This document shows positions 24,001-35,198 of a stretch of DNA of 64,000 nucleotides, one piece after another. This stretch comes from Botryllus schlosseri (Eukaryota), in the NCBI GenBank assembly GCA_051294905.1, contig CM119371.1, positions 25,050,001-25,114,000 of the forward strand. Direction: 5' to 3'. The position numbers and the translations under genes were made by a program. The notes beneath the pieces are model-generated. The model was not told where the DNA came from and ran no database searches. It saw only the letters and a program-made list of their open reading frames with translations. Within the stretch, counting starts at the first letter, position 1. Each line of letters begins with the position of its first letter.

Positions 24001-26892
24001 TAATTTCCTGGCATTTTTCTTGATGCTGGTGTGTTACATCGCGTTGTACAGGTTCGAATAGGCAATTTGTAATTATACTAATAATAATTATTGACGTTGA
24101 TTCTGTATCAGTAAAAAGTTCGTCAATATTGCTGAAAGACAATGTATGGTCTGATAGAATCATGGAAATCCTTAACAATATCAAGGAAGCAAATTTGTTC
24201 GTTTTATTAAGCAATTTTGGGGCTTATCGCCTAATCAGTTTATTTGTACCATGATAATGAATGTTGTAATGTTCATTGGTCCTTGCCTTCGGTAATCCTT
24301 TGGAACGAGTTTCAGTCACGCATCAATTCACCATCTATCTCTCTCTCTCTCCCTCGCTTGCATGCGTCCTTGTCAATGTTTTTGTCGCTGATTTTGGAAG
24401 CTTGACTTCTCACGATCAATCTGGGTTTTTCCCTCGACACTGCGTACGCAATGTGGTCAATTATAAGATAGGATACACCTGCAAGACATAAATACTTGGA
24501 AGACCTGTGACTCGAGCCAACAACCATAGGCGACGAGGCGTTATAGGTTATGCGGCGCCATTCGCAAGCTTATTAAATTCTTAGAAAACTACATGATTCC
24601 TGGAGTATTTACCGATTCGATGGGTTTTTCGTCAAATGATGCATTGTTGGAAACCTGCTAGAATGTTGGTTAGCTGGTTAGATACATTTACTTATTTTCA
24701 ACCAATGTGTTCACAAATTGTCATGTCGAACTGCACGGAGCTTGGTATGTTCGGCTGTGTGTTTCGCAACAGAGACACGACATTACTTCTATTCCTAGTG
24801 GAGCCAGTGTTACTGACAAATTCTTACTGGGGTAATTCAACAGGAAGGCTAACAATAACAAAGCCTTGGAATCGGCAAAGGCGCGGGACAAAAGAAGCAA
24901 ACAAAGCGCTGCAATGCAACGTAAAGTCACCAGGATCCTCGTATCCGATTTTCTCTGCTGGATGCCTGTCTGCATCATGGGTTTCTTACAGATGACAGGT
25001 GCTTACTTATTATATTGCATAATACGAAAGTAAACCATACACAGCGCTGACGGGATATAATCAGTCAGCGGCGCTGCTTAAGCATGGAAGTAGGGAAATA
25101 CCATAAATTTCTGTCCAAGACGTATCAAAAGTTGTTCAAATCGAAGTATAAATCAGAGGTCTGAAAAGTACCAAAATAAGCAGTGGTGAAAGTAGTTTTC
25201 ATCGATATATTTCCATATTTTTTGCTGATGTAGCCATAGATTAGTAACGGAAAGATCAATACTCGCGATGAACTTGTATGAAGAATTAGGGCTATTTCAC
25301 CGGAAGTGCTCAAAACACGTTTTTAATGGAACCGCTAAAATCCAGACACGGTGGGCGTCCCTTAGTGTGTGTGTAGGGATTACGTCAATTGTCTGTAGCG
25401 GTAGTATCAGTTCTTTTCTAGATCTGGACTGGAATATCTGCTGCGAGCGAAGACCGATTCCCAATTGACCGTTAAAGCCCACACACCGTTGATTTTCCGT
25501 AGCTTGAATCGCGGATAATGGCTAACTACTGACCTATAACTTATAGGAAAAAAATACACTGCTAATTACTATAAATAAAATACATTACCTTAATACAACG
25601 CTAGACGAAAGGCGACGCAATAACCCTGTCCACTGTACGAAATCTTTCTCAGGAAAGACCGAAAACGTGGTTTGTAGCTAAGTTTGTCTCGAAAGGTGAA
25701 GTATGTACACTTTGTACAGCATCACAGAATCACTCAATCTCGGAAAAACCACCTTGACAACACTAATCTCTTCTACTCAGAGTAAGGTAGAGTGTAATGT
25801 CGTAAATTTATCGTGTAACAGTTGAAGTGGCGATTTCTAGGTGAGTAGAGTGTAATGTCGTAAATTTATCGTGTAACAGTTGAAGTGGCGATTTCTAGGT
25901 GAGTAGAAGAGTACGTATTGTATGCCTAGATTCACCTGGAAAGCCTCAAGTTAAAAAAAGCCTAAGACAATATACATACTTTAGTACTTGGTAAAAGTAG
26001 GCATAACCTACTTGATTTCCATGGGAAAACGAGAAGTACTTCGTTACGGACAGTCCATTTTTGTGCTGATTTCACACATATATACGAGATGCGAAGGTAT
26101 CAAAAAATTGCTTTACATTTGTCAAAATCCAAACTTTAAGAAGTTGGTAGTTTCACGGAAATTTTTTAGTTGAGGTACAGGTGAAATTCACGGCCACTTG
26201 ACTAAGCAGTGCGAACCGTCTGTAGTAGGACATACTCTGAAAATGTAGAAATAATTAGCTCCTGGCAATATCCGATGGTACATTATCGTGATTGTATACG
26301 AAACCGCGAATGCTACCAGTAGTGTAATATACAAACCGACTATAGTACCACATATTAGGAATGACAATTTTGAGAGCTGAACACGAACATATCTCCGCTA
26401 GGACATCCTGATTTGTCATGTTTATCCCGGCAGATTTTTCATTTACTCTGAAAAGCAATTTTCAGATAATCGAGCGTGCTTTTCCGTCGAACATATTTAA
26501 ATATTTTGATTTTCAGTCATATGTTGTAAATCACGTTTAATAATAATTGCTTTACGTTTCAGGCGTTGCTATTCCGAACGACGCTTACCTACCAACAGGC
26601 TTACTCATCCTCCCCATTAACAGCGCCCTTAACCCATTCCTCTACTCCAACCTTCCCGATAGGCTTTTAGCTGAGAGAAGGAAAATTGCGTCGCGGTTTG
26701 CGGACTCATTTCGTAGTTCGAGGGTCGGAGGTAAGCGGAGATGATTCTGTCTAATACTTAACTTAACAATGAATCAACTATCAAATTTATTCGAAGTGAT
26801 GTGAATTGATGTTTTTAGAGTCTACGGAAATCACCCTTACGACCCGGGGCGGAAGGATAGAGACGATTGGTGTTGGGGAGAATAGAGAATAA
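1..26892 (+). CDS. Multi-exon LDLa-containing class-A GPCR (GRL101/LGR-related, ascidian LDLRR-GPCR-like); 5' end lies upstream of the window
   Basis: 13 GT-AG exons join in consistent phase with no stops: 1-82, 875-970, 1551-1611, 2983-3081, 4732-4861, 6265-6413, 6477-6658, 11692-11817, 23663-23773, 23830-24051, 24844-24998, 26563-26730, 26819-26892. Motifs seen: LDLa (FFNCDG...VCDEHKDCASGIDEC), TM2 LSVSDLLVG, YC..D.EWRTS..C, TM3 SEQSV...TVYRL, FGYYS...CLP, TM6 DFLCWMP, TM7 LPINSALNPFLY. Confidence 0.9.
875..970 (+). CDS. GPCR ectodomain exon (YPRPPAMNSSLRFRTCSVDYDPAKQSGSCLV)
   Basis: ATAG acceptor, GTAAGT donor, open frame, phases fit both neighbours. Confidence 0.75.
1551..1611 (+). CDS. 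GPCR ectodomain exon (YTCTDVPYQEVSIIRDCKNQ)
   Basis: TTGCAG acceptor, GTAAGT donor, phase-consistent. Confidence 0.75.
2983..3081 (+). CDS. GPCR exon, Cys-rich region and first half of LDLa repeat
   Basis: TTTAG acceptor, GTAAG donor; DTNCTEGVCRANCNCTFFNCDGAVGGKYIHGKA. Confidence 0.85.
3396..3675. repeat. Direct tandem duplication, ~139-bp unit x2
   Basis: Near-identical copies start at 3396 and 3535. Confidence 0.9.
4061..4450 (+). mobile_element. tRNA-derived SINE followed by a second 5'-truncated copy of the SINE body
   Basis: A-box TAGCATAGCGG and B-box GGTTCGATCAC; the core (TCAGACCA.AGAC...CTT.C..GCTTG.CG...TGCATTAC) occurs twice (~4138 and ~4308). Confidence 0.6.
4732..4861 (+). CDS. 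GPCR exon, second half of LDLa repeat and start of TM1
   Basis: VCDEHKDCASGIDECQPGCIRSAFSDEQSLITNKGVLVVVWIF; TTTTAG acceptor, GTAAGT donor. Confidence 0.9.
4907..5857. mobile_element. Non-autonomous hAT (Charlie/Buster-type) element
   Basis: TIRs CAGGGGTGTCAAAC / GTTTGGCACCCCTG; 8-bp TSD GTATAGAA/GTATCGAA. Confidence 0.85.
6265..6413 (+). CDS. GPCR exon TM1-TM2
   Basis: IFAIVGCTVVVIS...KVLILSLSVSDLLVG; CAG/GTAAC boundaries. Confidence 0.9.
6477..6658 (+). CDS. GPCR exon TM2-ECL1-TM3
   Basis: VYTIAICIKA...RYCTIDLEWRTSSTCSSLGALLIIGSEQSVLTMVLITVYRLRAVM; LGR/GRL101-type motifs. Confidence 0.92.
8818..10363. repeat. Tandem duplication of a ~780-bp unit (about 8818-9595 and 9596-10363)
   Basis: Co-linear diverged copies (twin ORFs MQTADGQNDTPHKE...); each unit ends with the first ~35 bp of the adjacent MITE. 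Confidence 0.9.
10331..11357. mobile_element. hAT MITE family A (TAGGRATGGTGTGAAC termini)
   Basis: TIRs TAGGAATGGTGTGAAC / GTTCACACCATTCCTA; homologous to copies at 28077-30304 and 37637-38525. Confidence 0.85.
11692..11817 (+). CDS. GPCR exon TM4
   Basis: RPFSTPTMKRAIMVVAITWMMSVPLGLIPIIPAYEDYFLKHV; TTCCAG acceptor, GTAAGT donor; phases match both neighbours. Confidence 0.88.
13511..16658 (-). pseudogene. LINE ORF2 (PHD finger - APE endonuclease - reverse transcriptase), disrupted
   Basis: PHD CGFC...CDLCDSWLHLKC...CFQC; APE NVRSL, ISET, YRHP, IDHIF, SDHLPV; RT NYRPISIL, DLQKAFDTV, GVPQGSVLGP, LFADD. One in-frame TGA (16044-16046) and one +1 frameshift in an A10 run (14976-14985). Confidence 0.92.
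16701..17459 (-). CDS. LINE ORF1 protein (coiled coil followed by RRM-like/CTD region)
   Basis: Intact 252-aa ORF with heptads, then DLDQYGRRECIEIKGIP...HRL...IYINESLT...KYIWT, typical of L2/Crack-type ORF1. Confidence 0.88.
   Translation of the reverse strand: MTMTQRTKKNVDYETILSKLDLLTEKIDEQKDQTGQKFAYLMNEVQELKKSAEFLSAKYEEIKNKLDTSNRELSEIKSQNCELRKMVYDLQSSNNEACRAINDLDQYGRRECIEIKGIPYNKNQCTDDLVITVAKKLEVNINKHDISVCHRLGQPTEDYPDPIILPKFCSRRVRDAIFSNRSILHKEREIYINESLTKSNRTRFNACLKYEKANAFKYIWTRHGVTYLKKNDDERAMSIKNDEDLSRYNIFL
17607..19621. mobile_element. Fold-back non-autonomous hAT element (~825-bp inverted arms, ~350-bp spacer) nested at the inner edge of the left TIR of the hATm-like element
   Basis: Termini TAGGGTTGTCC / GGACAACCCTA; perfect 8-bp TSD GTGCACAT (17599-17606 and 19622-19629); arms ~17607-18435 and ~18785-19621. 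Confidence 0.92.
20036..22380 (-). pseudogene. hAT(m)-like DDE transposase pseudogene
   Basis: ORF pieces 22195-22380, 20507-21847 and 20036-20491. Motifs LHWDEK, VFDTTSSNTG, ACRHH (CxxH), PGATHSAR, VVNDAAER. Frameshifts and stops in the 5' part; in-frame TAG at 20507-20509. Confidence 0.88.
23663..23773 (+). CDS. GPCR exon, ECL2 insertion
   Basis: FNDTSIFKTRVSQTDRDRILNWFGLMSNGTNHVDVD; AATAG acceptor, GTAGA donor, phase 2/2. Confidence 0.75.
23830..24051 (+). CDS. GPCR exon ECL2-TM5
   Basis: ...EFGYYSSHTVCLPTLFP...YSFLFLVLNFLAFFLMLVCYIALY; within ORF 23813..24061. Confidence 0.9.
24844..24998 (+). CDS. GPCR exon ICL3-TM6
   Basis: ...AMQRKVTRILVSDFLCWMPVCIMGFLQMT. Confidence 0.9.
25787..25907. 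repeat. Perfect ~59-bp tandem duplication
   Basis: GTAGAGTGTAATGTCGTAAATTTATCG...TCTAGGTGA occurs twice. Confidence 0.9.
26563..26730 (+). CDS. GPCR exon TM7 and C-tail (reads to a stop at 26744 if unspliced)
   Basis: VAIPNDAYLPTGLLILPINSALNPFLYSN; TTTCAG acceptor; GTAAGC donor at 26731. Confidence 0.9.
26819..26892 (+). CDS. Probable terminal GPCR exon (ESTEITLTTRGGRIETIGVGENRE*)
   Basis: TTTTTAG acceptor; phase 1 matches the 26730 donor; TAA at 26890-26892. Confidence 0.55.
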
Positions 26893-27173
26893 TTGATTTA
26901 AGAAATCAAAACTGCGACGAGCACACTTCAGCTGCAAAAATATACCTGATCGATTGTATCCTATTTCATTATTTTATTTTACTCGGTAATGGTATTGACA
27001 TTATGGGATCTGCATTTGAACTTGATTTAAATTGGTGTGTTGTCTGTGTACTATTCTTAACTCTCGAACACGGTCAGCTATATTATGCCCCATATTTGAT
27101 TTTGCCATATTGGCTTCTGAAGTCTCCTATACCGCCCATAGTTGCTGTTCCACTTGAATTACTTGCTCTATTA

Positions 27174-27756
27174 CAGTGGTTCCCAACCTTTTTGTCTTCA
27201 TTCCCCACTTCAGATTTATTCCGAGTATTCATTCCCCGCTACCGAAAACTAAACCATTGAAATAGTACAGGAGTCAATATCGCCAGATATCGTCCTAGGG
27301 CAAAAAGCCGAGTAGCTAAACCCCATTCGCCCTAACACCTACTACCCATAACTATCGTCGCATTTTCTTATACATTTTGTCATTACGCAGCATTGCTTGT
27401 TTGACTGGACAAGACACACAACCGTGTCAGTACGCAAGACAATCGCCTAAAAATGCAACATAAAAGGACATGTGAATCGATACTGGTAACCCTCAAAATT
27501 TAGCGAAACCATTATTTCACGTCATGCTGGTCGTGCTGGATGCGTTTGTGACGTCATCATTATCCATAGTTGAAATTAGTTTTTGTGAACAACACGCAAT
27601 ATAATTTTAGATACATACATTCCAGAGCAGTTAACTGGAAACAGTAATCGCGGATGTTTCTCCGTAAATATGTGGACTATCCTGTATATAATGTGTAACA
27701 GATGCGTCTATTCCCGACCAGAAACCATCAAATTCCCCACCGTTTGGGAACCACTG
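27174..27756. mobile_element. hAT (Charlie-type) MITE family B
   Basis: TIRs CAGTGGTTCCCAA / TTGGGAACCACTG; perfect TSD CTCTATTA; longer homolog at 55079-56489. Confidence 0.9.
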
Positions 27757-28076
27757 CTCTATTATAACTCGAAGGATCATATTTTAATTTTCGTTTTGTT
27801 TTGTCGGTCCTTCGTTTCAGGCATTCTTTAAACCATTCATGGATACCAACTATAGGACAGGGACCGGCGACATACGGTCGGAACCGGCCCGTGACGTGAT
27901 TTTGAGTGGCATGCAGACAGTTTTCGGTCTTAAATAATAATGTGACCGGCGGTCACAGTTTTCCGCAATTCTCCACTACTTGGTTATTCCTTCTTCATTT
28001 TCGTTCACAAAAATTTATATTTTGTCTTTTTTGTGTACGACGTGCAGCCAGAGTTCAAAGAATCTTTACTAAGTAT

Positions 28077-30304
28077 TAGGGGTGGTGTGTGACTCTGACA
28101 AGTGGGGACGAACCTTTTTGAATGGTCCTGTGTAAACGCGAACGTGAACCTCATGACGTCATATTCCTAATTCAAACGCTACATTTCAGTGAAATGATAG
28201 CCTATATTATTGTTCACGATACCTAGTGACGACTCGGACCACATAATGCCACAATTCTGAAGCATATATGGACGTTTAAACGTCGCAAAATGTATCAACT
28301 GGAGCAAGGGTCACCAACCTTTTTGCAACCAAGAGCTAGGCTACCTATTCGGTGATGATCGAAGCGACGGGCTACCATTTACTCCCACCGTTTACCTATA
28401 CCAGACTGAATTTCCTCTTAGATGTTCATAGCATTAGGCAGGAATCACATTGCTGTAAGACTTTCAAATCGAAATATCTCATTTTAACTAGCTAGCCACT
28501 AATTCTTTTTAAGAAATCATGAATTAGATCGCACCATGTTGATATAAATTATACAACGACAGTTGACTCAAACTTCAAAATAAATCATGTCACACTTTAG
28601 ATCGGACATCATGTTATCTGTTTCTATATCAGACATTGGAAGGCCTGGTATGGCACGGATTAGTGAGGCGTGTTTTGTGTTGGTTTTTGATGAAGTTCAT
28701 GTCCGAAAAGGCTGAGTCACAACGATAAGTTGAAGCAAACATGCTTGCAACCTTCATAGGTGATGCGCATTCACCATTGTACGTTTCTGTGTCAACAATG
28801 CACAAAAGGTTTGCTGCAGCCTGATGGACTTTGAGGTGGTGCTATTTTGCAGTGTGACAATTTCAATCTGCAACTATTCAGCATCCAGACATGACAGATT
28901 TCATTATACCGGACAGCAGCAACGATTACAGAAAGTTAGAAATATGGTAGTAAACTGCGTTGAGTGTAAGAGAAATAATCTGTGTCAAAAGATGCAATAG
29001 GCTACGTAATGGGCATACAGATATTGAAAATATGCTACTATATCACGGCTATCTGCTACCAAATAGTAATGTTGTTTACTACTCTGGCATTGTCCTGGAC
29101 GTCGAGCTACCATAACGGAACCCCCCGCCATTTCAAGAAGACCGTGGATGGCATTCCGTCATGTCGCCTGTATATGCAATGCGCTGTATCCTACGTCTTC
29201 GTTATCTTGTGATTCTATTACTTACATGTGGGTATATTACTCATTGTAATTGCAAGCAGCCCCCGCCATCATCAATCACATTCCCACGGAACCATGGCGC
29301 AGAGGTGGCTGGAATCAGAAAACATGGCGCTCGACAATGGAGACTGATCTAGCGCAACGCGGGCTGTCGCTTGAAGACGCCCACGACCGCCTACGTTGGA
29401 GACGCTTAACACGAGCCCAAAACTGATTATCTCGATGTTCTTTTGTTTTCTTTTTTCTTTTTCCCATTTCATTTTATTTAATTGAAAAGTCGATATACAT
29501 ATATATATATATTAAGTGTTTATATATTTGTATTGTTATTTGTAAGTAACATGTTAGTGTGAATTAAACAGGAATAGCTAAATCAATGAATCTGCATATT
29601 TAAAACCTCACCGGTAATAATCCAACGAATATTGGTGAATGATGCGATTCGAACTATTTTTAGAACAGGCTCGCGGGCTACTCATCTGGTCCTTTCCGGC
29701 CACCTAGATCAAGTGGGCACGGCGTTGAAGCTCCCTGAACTAAGGCAATCTTGCCATCGATATGATCCAATTAACAAGCTACACAGCAGTAGGCAACATC
29801 CCAATAACACGGATTTGGTTTTTATGATACAATGAATATGAAGTCAAGATTGAGACCGTACGACTGCTAGATTTTTTACACCAGACAAAGATATCGATCT
29901 CATTGATTGGTTGAATAAGCATCATGCGCAGACTACATGTAGTGTATTTCGCTCTTGCTGCTGTGTGATTGCGGGTCAGGCTAACATCACTAAATATTCG
30001 AAAACGAAAAACTGGATATTTCGAGTAAACTTTTGTAACAAAGCATGTAAATTTTTTGAGATTGTCAAGGTTCATGCTCGTTAAGTGTTGATTTTTTTAT
30101 GCTGTCAGCGCCATGGATAGAGTGGCAAGCTGTTGAAATGCATTACATTTCAACCGAAGATGTTATAATAAAGTGAAAATTGTAAAACATCAAAAAGGTT
30201 CACAGGGCAGAACCTACCAAGGTTCGTTTGTGAACGTGAACCTCCACATTTATGAGATTCACACACAGAACGCGAACGTGAACCTCACGTTCACACCACC
30301 CCTA
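28077..30304. mobile_element. hAT MITE family A copy, interrupted by a Charlie element
   Basis: TAGGGGTGGTGTG...CACACCACCCCTA; TSD CTAAGTAT/CTAACTAT. Confidence 0.85.
28305..29737 (-). mobile_element. hAT Charlie/Buster deletion derivative with a transposase C-terminal remnant
   Basis: Degenerate termini CAAGGGTCACCAAC...CTCCCTG. The minus strand at ~28660-28760 reads MKVASMFASTYRCDSAFSDMNFIKNQHKTRLTN, the Buster/GTF2IRD2-type C-terminal motif. Confidence 0.75.
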
Positions 30305-32069
30305 CTAACTATGATCGACCACAGATGTCTCATTGACTTCAACAGTTATTGAAGTACATTCCGTTAATAAATCAATTCAATTCTGCTTTGGTCGCTATGC
30401 TTCATACTTCAAGTTTACAATAAGTGCGATAAATCCCTGTATAGCTGGATAACTACGCGTGTAATGTGTCGATGCAGGAATGCGGTCCCCCAAGTAAGGA
30501 AAACCGAGAACAAATGTAACAATCGGCCTCACCGCTAGGATGGTGGAGAAATCGCCTTGATAGTTTGAGTGCGCATGCGGCAGTTATGTCTCCTAATTTC
30601 AGAAGTTACGTTGAGCTACGACGCGAAACCCCGGAATAATGAGAAAAACGAAATTTTGAACACCTGAGTAAATATTTTCTGGTCTGGAATAATTTTTTCA
30701 GAAGAGTAATACCTCAAATCGTTACAATGCAATATATGTAGCTGGAACAATGTTACCATAGTCTACCGTGATGATAGGAAAACTAGGACTTGCATCGCCG
30801 GGAAGTTGCATACTGAGACACAAACATGGCCCTGTGTGTCAAGGACAATTGTAACACTCTGTCACTTTTGCCACGTTACAAGATCTTTTCTTTTCAATGC
30901 TGAATATCCTTGTTCATATGTTTGGTATAACTATTCATCTACTGCAGATGAATCTTGCAACAGCCAGAAGGTAAATACCAGAACAGATTCTACCTTGCCA
31001 TACAAATTCTAATATAATCATCTGTGGGAATGGCCATATAGAAGTGGGATGTGAAGCTTAGGGTTCGGTTATTTCCGTGAATCCACCTGCCTTTCTCATG
31101 TTGATCTTCGATGCTCGCTTGATAATTTGCCCATGTCTGCATTGTCATCCCCTGATTTTGAACATGGCCTACTTACATTTTGTCATTTAATGTGAACAAT
31201 TTATTTTTATTTTGTGTAGAACAGAAGAATGGAATTATCTTTGACACCATAAAATGTTGTGTCCTCGTTTTGCTACTAGCATCTGCCCATTCAGCCAATA
31301 TATTTGAGCCAGGTCGGTTTGGCACCTTCGCAGGTGACCGAGTGTCCAACCCACCCATTATGCCCGCTGAACAACAGCACCTTGGTAGAAGTGGCAGAAT
31401 CTGTGTGGGGATATGATGGAATAAACGTGTTTCTTGTACACCTTGAGCTCGAGAAGAAAGCGCGAAGGGTGACATTGTATTCAGATGCCAAAATGCGATG
31501 GGGCGTATCCTGGAAGCATTCAAACTTCTCTTACTTCAGTTTAATGGTCCATTTTTCGTTGTTCATTCCGTTTGTTTTAGTTATAAATGAAACTTTTAAA
31601 ATTGCAACGCATATGTGGTAAAATTGCCCCTGGGTACGGGCCGATTATGACATTTGTTGGCTTCTTTATATAAAAATTTGCAAATGAAATTTTCATGAGA
31701 AAAATACGTAATATTAGAAACTACCGAAACTGTTACAATTGTACCCGGTCTCCCCTACTTAATTTTCCCATATCCGGCCCGCCAACTGTTGAAATTGCCC
31801 GTTCCTGAACTAGGCGTATAGGTGAAATGTATAACATTGTACATAATTTACGAAAGTTTGGAGTCGCAACGGGCTGAATTGCGTTTCGTACGAATTCGAC
31901 CGACATTGCAAAATCAAAGTAGGCAAAGCTTTGAGTTTCTTCAGAACGGCTCATCGATTCATGTTGAAGAAATGACAAAAAATATGAATGTTCATATTCT
32001 GATTGGGCGTGGTAATGGACATTACAAGGGACTGAGACAGAGGTCGGAGATGTGTGAGGAGTAATAGTT

Positions 32070-32333
32070 CTCCTTCTACTCCTACTCCCCCTCCACTATG
32101 AGAAACGCTACTATGGTCATTTACACCAGGTCGATATTCTTCTTATTTTCCTTAACTGCCGACTTATAGCACGGCCCATAGGCTTTTGTAAGACAACGCT
32201 GACGCGGATGAGGTGGTGAGGAGGAGCCTAGGTAAACCTCCAACACTTAGGTATCGGAAGTCGACGTCGGTCGGACTCGAACCCGCACCCATTGGTGTTA
32301 CAGCCGCGGATTATACCACCGCGCTATCTCGCC
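32070..32333 (-). mobile_element. tRNA-derived SINE
   Basis: Minus strand has A-box TAGCGCGGTGG, B-box GGTTCGAGTCC and a GGAGTA-like tail; the body is also seen at ~41690-41795. Confidence 0.7.
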
Positions 32334-32859
32334 ACTTTGTCATAGGTTGTTGACAGTTAAATTGTCGGCACTACGAATGAAAACCCTCAATACGGGATTC
32401 CGGTTTGCTGGCAATGCGGAGCTCGAAATATGGCATCAAGCACATAAGTTTCCAGACCGACTACTAATGTTACTTATTACGTATTATTCTGATTTAATTG
32501 TCGGCACTACGAATAAAATATTGTATTCGCAACATAGACATATAGGATTCGAGTAAATAAAACGACACACATGAGTACCCTAAAAACATTTAAAAAAAAT
32601 CATATTCAAATCTATACCGATGTCTATCTGTATATTACGACAAGCCCTAAGTCTCAAAATATATCGTTTAGCAATGTTAGTTTTGTACGAATCGATATAT
32701 AACGATGGAGAGTAGATCAGGTTGTCGACGCGACTCGAAACAATGATATATCGCACGCAACATATAACTCTGGAAACCCGCTTGATCTATCGGCTAGTAA
32801 CGAAAGAACTAACAACCAATCTGCACATGATCATGGTGGCAACAATGTTCTTGAGCATA

Positions 32860-33150
32860 CACAGACACCTTCAATATAGTCCAACGGAAATCTCGAGGCT
32901 TGTATCGCAATCTCAACGAACTGAAACATTTTATTGAAAATTGTATGTTGGAAGAACCCGAGATCATAGCCTTACAAAAAAAGCACTTAAATTAGCCGGT
33001 ATGTTTCAAAAGTACCTGGGTTTATATAATACGTAAAGATCGCAACATCCATGTGGAGGAGTTTGGTTGTTCGTGAAATATAATATAAGTCACCAGGAAA
33101 TCGAAGTCCCCGATAGAGGCACAAACCATAAAGTTGGTTGAAATCGCTAT
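32860..33150 (+). mobile_element. Decayed LINE endonuclease fragment
   Basis: Frame-broken PG.YIIRKDR...GGVWLFVKYNISHQEIEV, resembling an APE domain. Confidence 0.5.
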
Positions 33151-33324
33151 CACCAGGCACACACGAATGTTATCGTGGTCCTTGTGTGTTGTACATTACG
33201 AAAGGATGTAGCATCGGAAGAGAGGTAACACCGAAGATGTTCAGATGAGTTTTGGTGCCAATCGACCAGATACGTAGAAGATGCAACTTCAACCATATGT
33301 CAAAAAATTTCTGGTAGTAATAGT

Positions 33325-33780
33325 CAGGGCTCGGCGAAATCGAGTACCTGATTGATTCGATTCTGAATCACGTCATACGCTTCGAGTCGAGTCGAGTATC
33401 TCGCATTATGACGTCACGTCAGACTGTACCATGTCAAGTTCAAATATGTACCTTTTATGCTATCACAAATAACATAATGCCTGTTATCGTTAACATTAAA
33501 TATACTTTGGCGTTTTTTCGACCATACCGATTTCATTGGAATTCTTGACAATGTTGTGGGATGATCATGACTCCAGAAATGTGTTATTTCCAGTAACGTT
33601 TGTGGCTCTGTACTATGTCTGGTATGCTGTAACACGACCAATGATGTTTTCAAGGCTTCCTCACTGGAAAATAGTATCAAAACTATAATGCTCGTTAGCA
33701 AATTAACTTTCAGTTGCGAGAAGCATAAAATTTCAGTACTCGAAAAAAATCGTTTTTTACTACTCGACTCGAAACTGAAT
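33325..33780. mobile_element. hAT MITE family C, truncated older copy
   Basis: Co-linear similarity to 34184-34699. Confidence 0.75.
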
Positions 33781-34183
33781 AGTGCTCAGCAAGGATGCCA
33801 CTGGGATATTTCCGAACAACCCATGCAAATGCTAAAAAAATAACAGGAAACACAGATTTTATATTTCACCCAAATCTATATGGGATAGCTGTGAAACTGG
33901 AAACTGACAATATTCAATTACAGTCATACTGACGTAGCAGTAGGTTTTATCCTACTGTTTAGCTCTGGTAGAAGGGACCAACGACTCCACTTAAGAAAAA
34001 GTGCCATCATAAGCGAAGCCGACTTAAATACAGCAAAAGTCGGACATTCTTCGACACTGAACGCTTCTGCAATATACACGCGAGATAAGATATTGCGGTT
34101 AATTTACAATCCAGCTTAGTGGTTTTAACCTTTTTCACTAATCATCATATTGGCAAGCTCACGTGGACACGAGAGGTTATTAG

Positions 34184-34699
34184 TAGGGCTGGGCAAAATC
34201 GAGTACCTGAGTGATTCGATTCTGAATCACGTAATATGCTTCGAGTCGAGTCGAGTAATCGAGTATCACTCATTATGACGTCATACCACAACGCAATACG
34301 TCAAAGTTTAAATATGTACCGTTTATGCAACCACTAAGATTATAATGTCTGATATCCATCACATAAACATACTTTGCTATTTTTCCGACTACACCGATTT
34401 CATTCCATTTGATGACAATGTTGTGGGATAATCATGACTTCAGAAATGTGCTACGTCCAGTAACCTTCGTAGCTTTGTACTGTATGTTTCGTGTGCTACG
34501 ATACCGCCAATCAAGGCCTCAAGGCTTCAACAGTGAAAATTAGTATCATAACTATATTTCTCGTTGATAAATTAACTTTCAGTAGTGAGGAACGTATAAT
34601 TTCAGTACTCGAAAAAATCGAATTTTACTTCTCGACTCGAATCATTAAAATTAATACTCGATTCAGATTCGAGTACTCGAATCATTGTGCCCAGCCCTA
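34184..34699. mobile_element. hAT MITE family C
   Basis: TIRs TAGGGCTGGGCA / TGCCCAGCCCTA; perfect TSD GTTATTAG. Confidence 0.92.
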
Positions 34700-35198
34700 G
34701 TTATTAGTAACGGGTGTATATGGTCTCCATTGTATTATCGGTACATGGCAATTCCTCATGTTAAACGTTTACTAACTTATGGTAATCAAATAATGCATGC
34801 AAAGCGTTCCATTAAAGAGGATACTTGGCAATGCCACCTGAGAAGCCTACATGTCGATTTAGAAGAACGGTGGCGTGTCTAAAGGTAAATATCAGCACTT
34901 AGCAGTCAACTGCAAATCCATACAAACAGGCCATGATTGAGATGGAAGTGGAAATGTGATTGTAACCATCTCCTAGGCTCGGCTCTGGGAGCATGTGTGG
35001 CAAATGGGCTCGGCTCACATGCTTGTTTGAGCTGATAAAGCTTCTATCCCACATCTTTATTGATATACAATTATATATACACAGTTCCAGATATTCCGAC
35101 GCGAAGAATGGTCTACTGTTACTTCCCCATGGATCAAAATGGAAACGAAATTACCATACTTGGTTTAGCAATAATCAGTAGCACTTCATAGTTTAGAT

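Noticed and set aside
32255..32333. tRNA gene (GTA anticodon-like) on the - strand
   Set aside because: The stems pair poorly and the sequence continues into a SINE body and tail that recur at ~41690. It is a SINE head.
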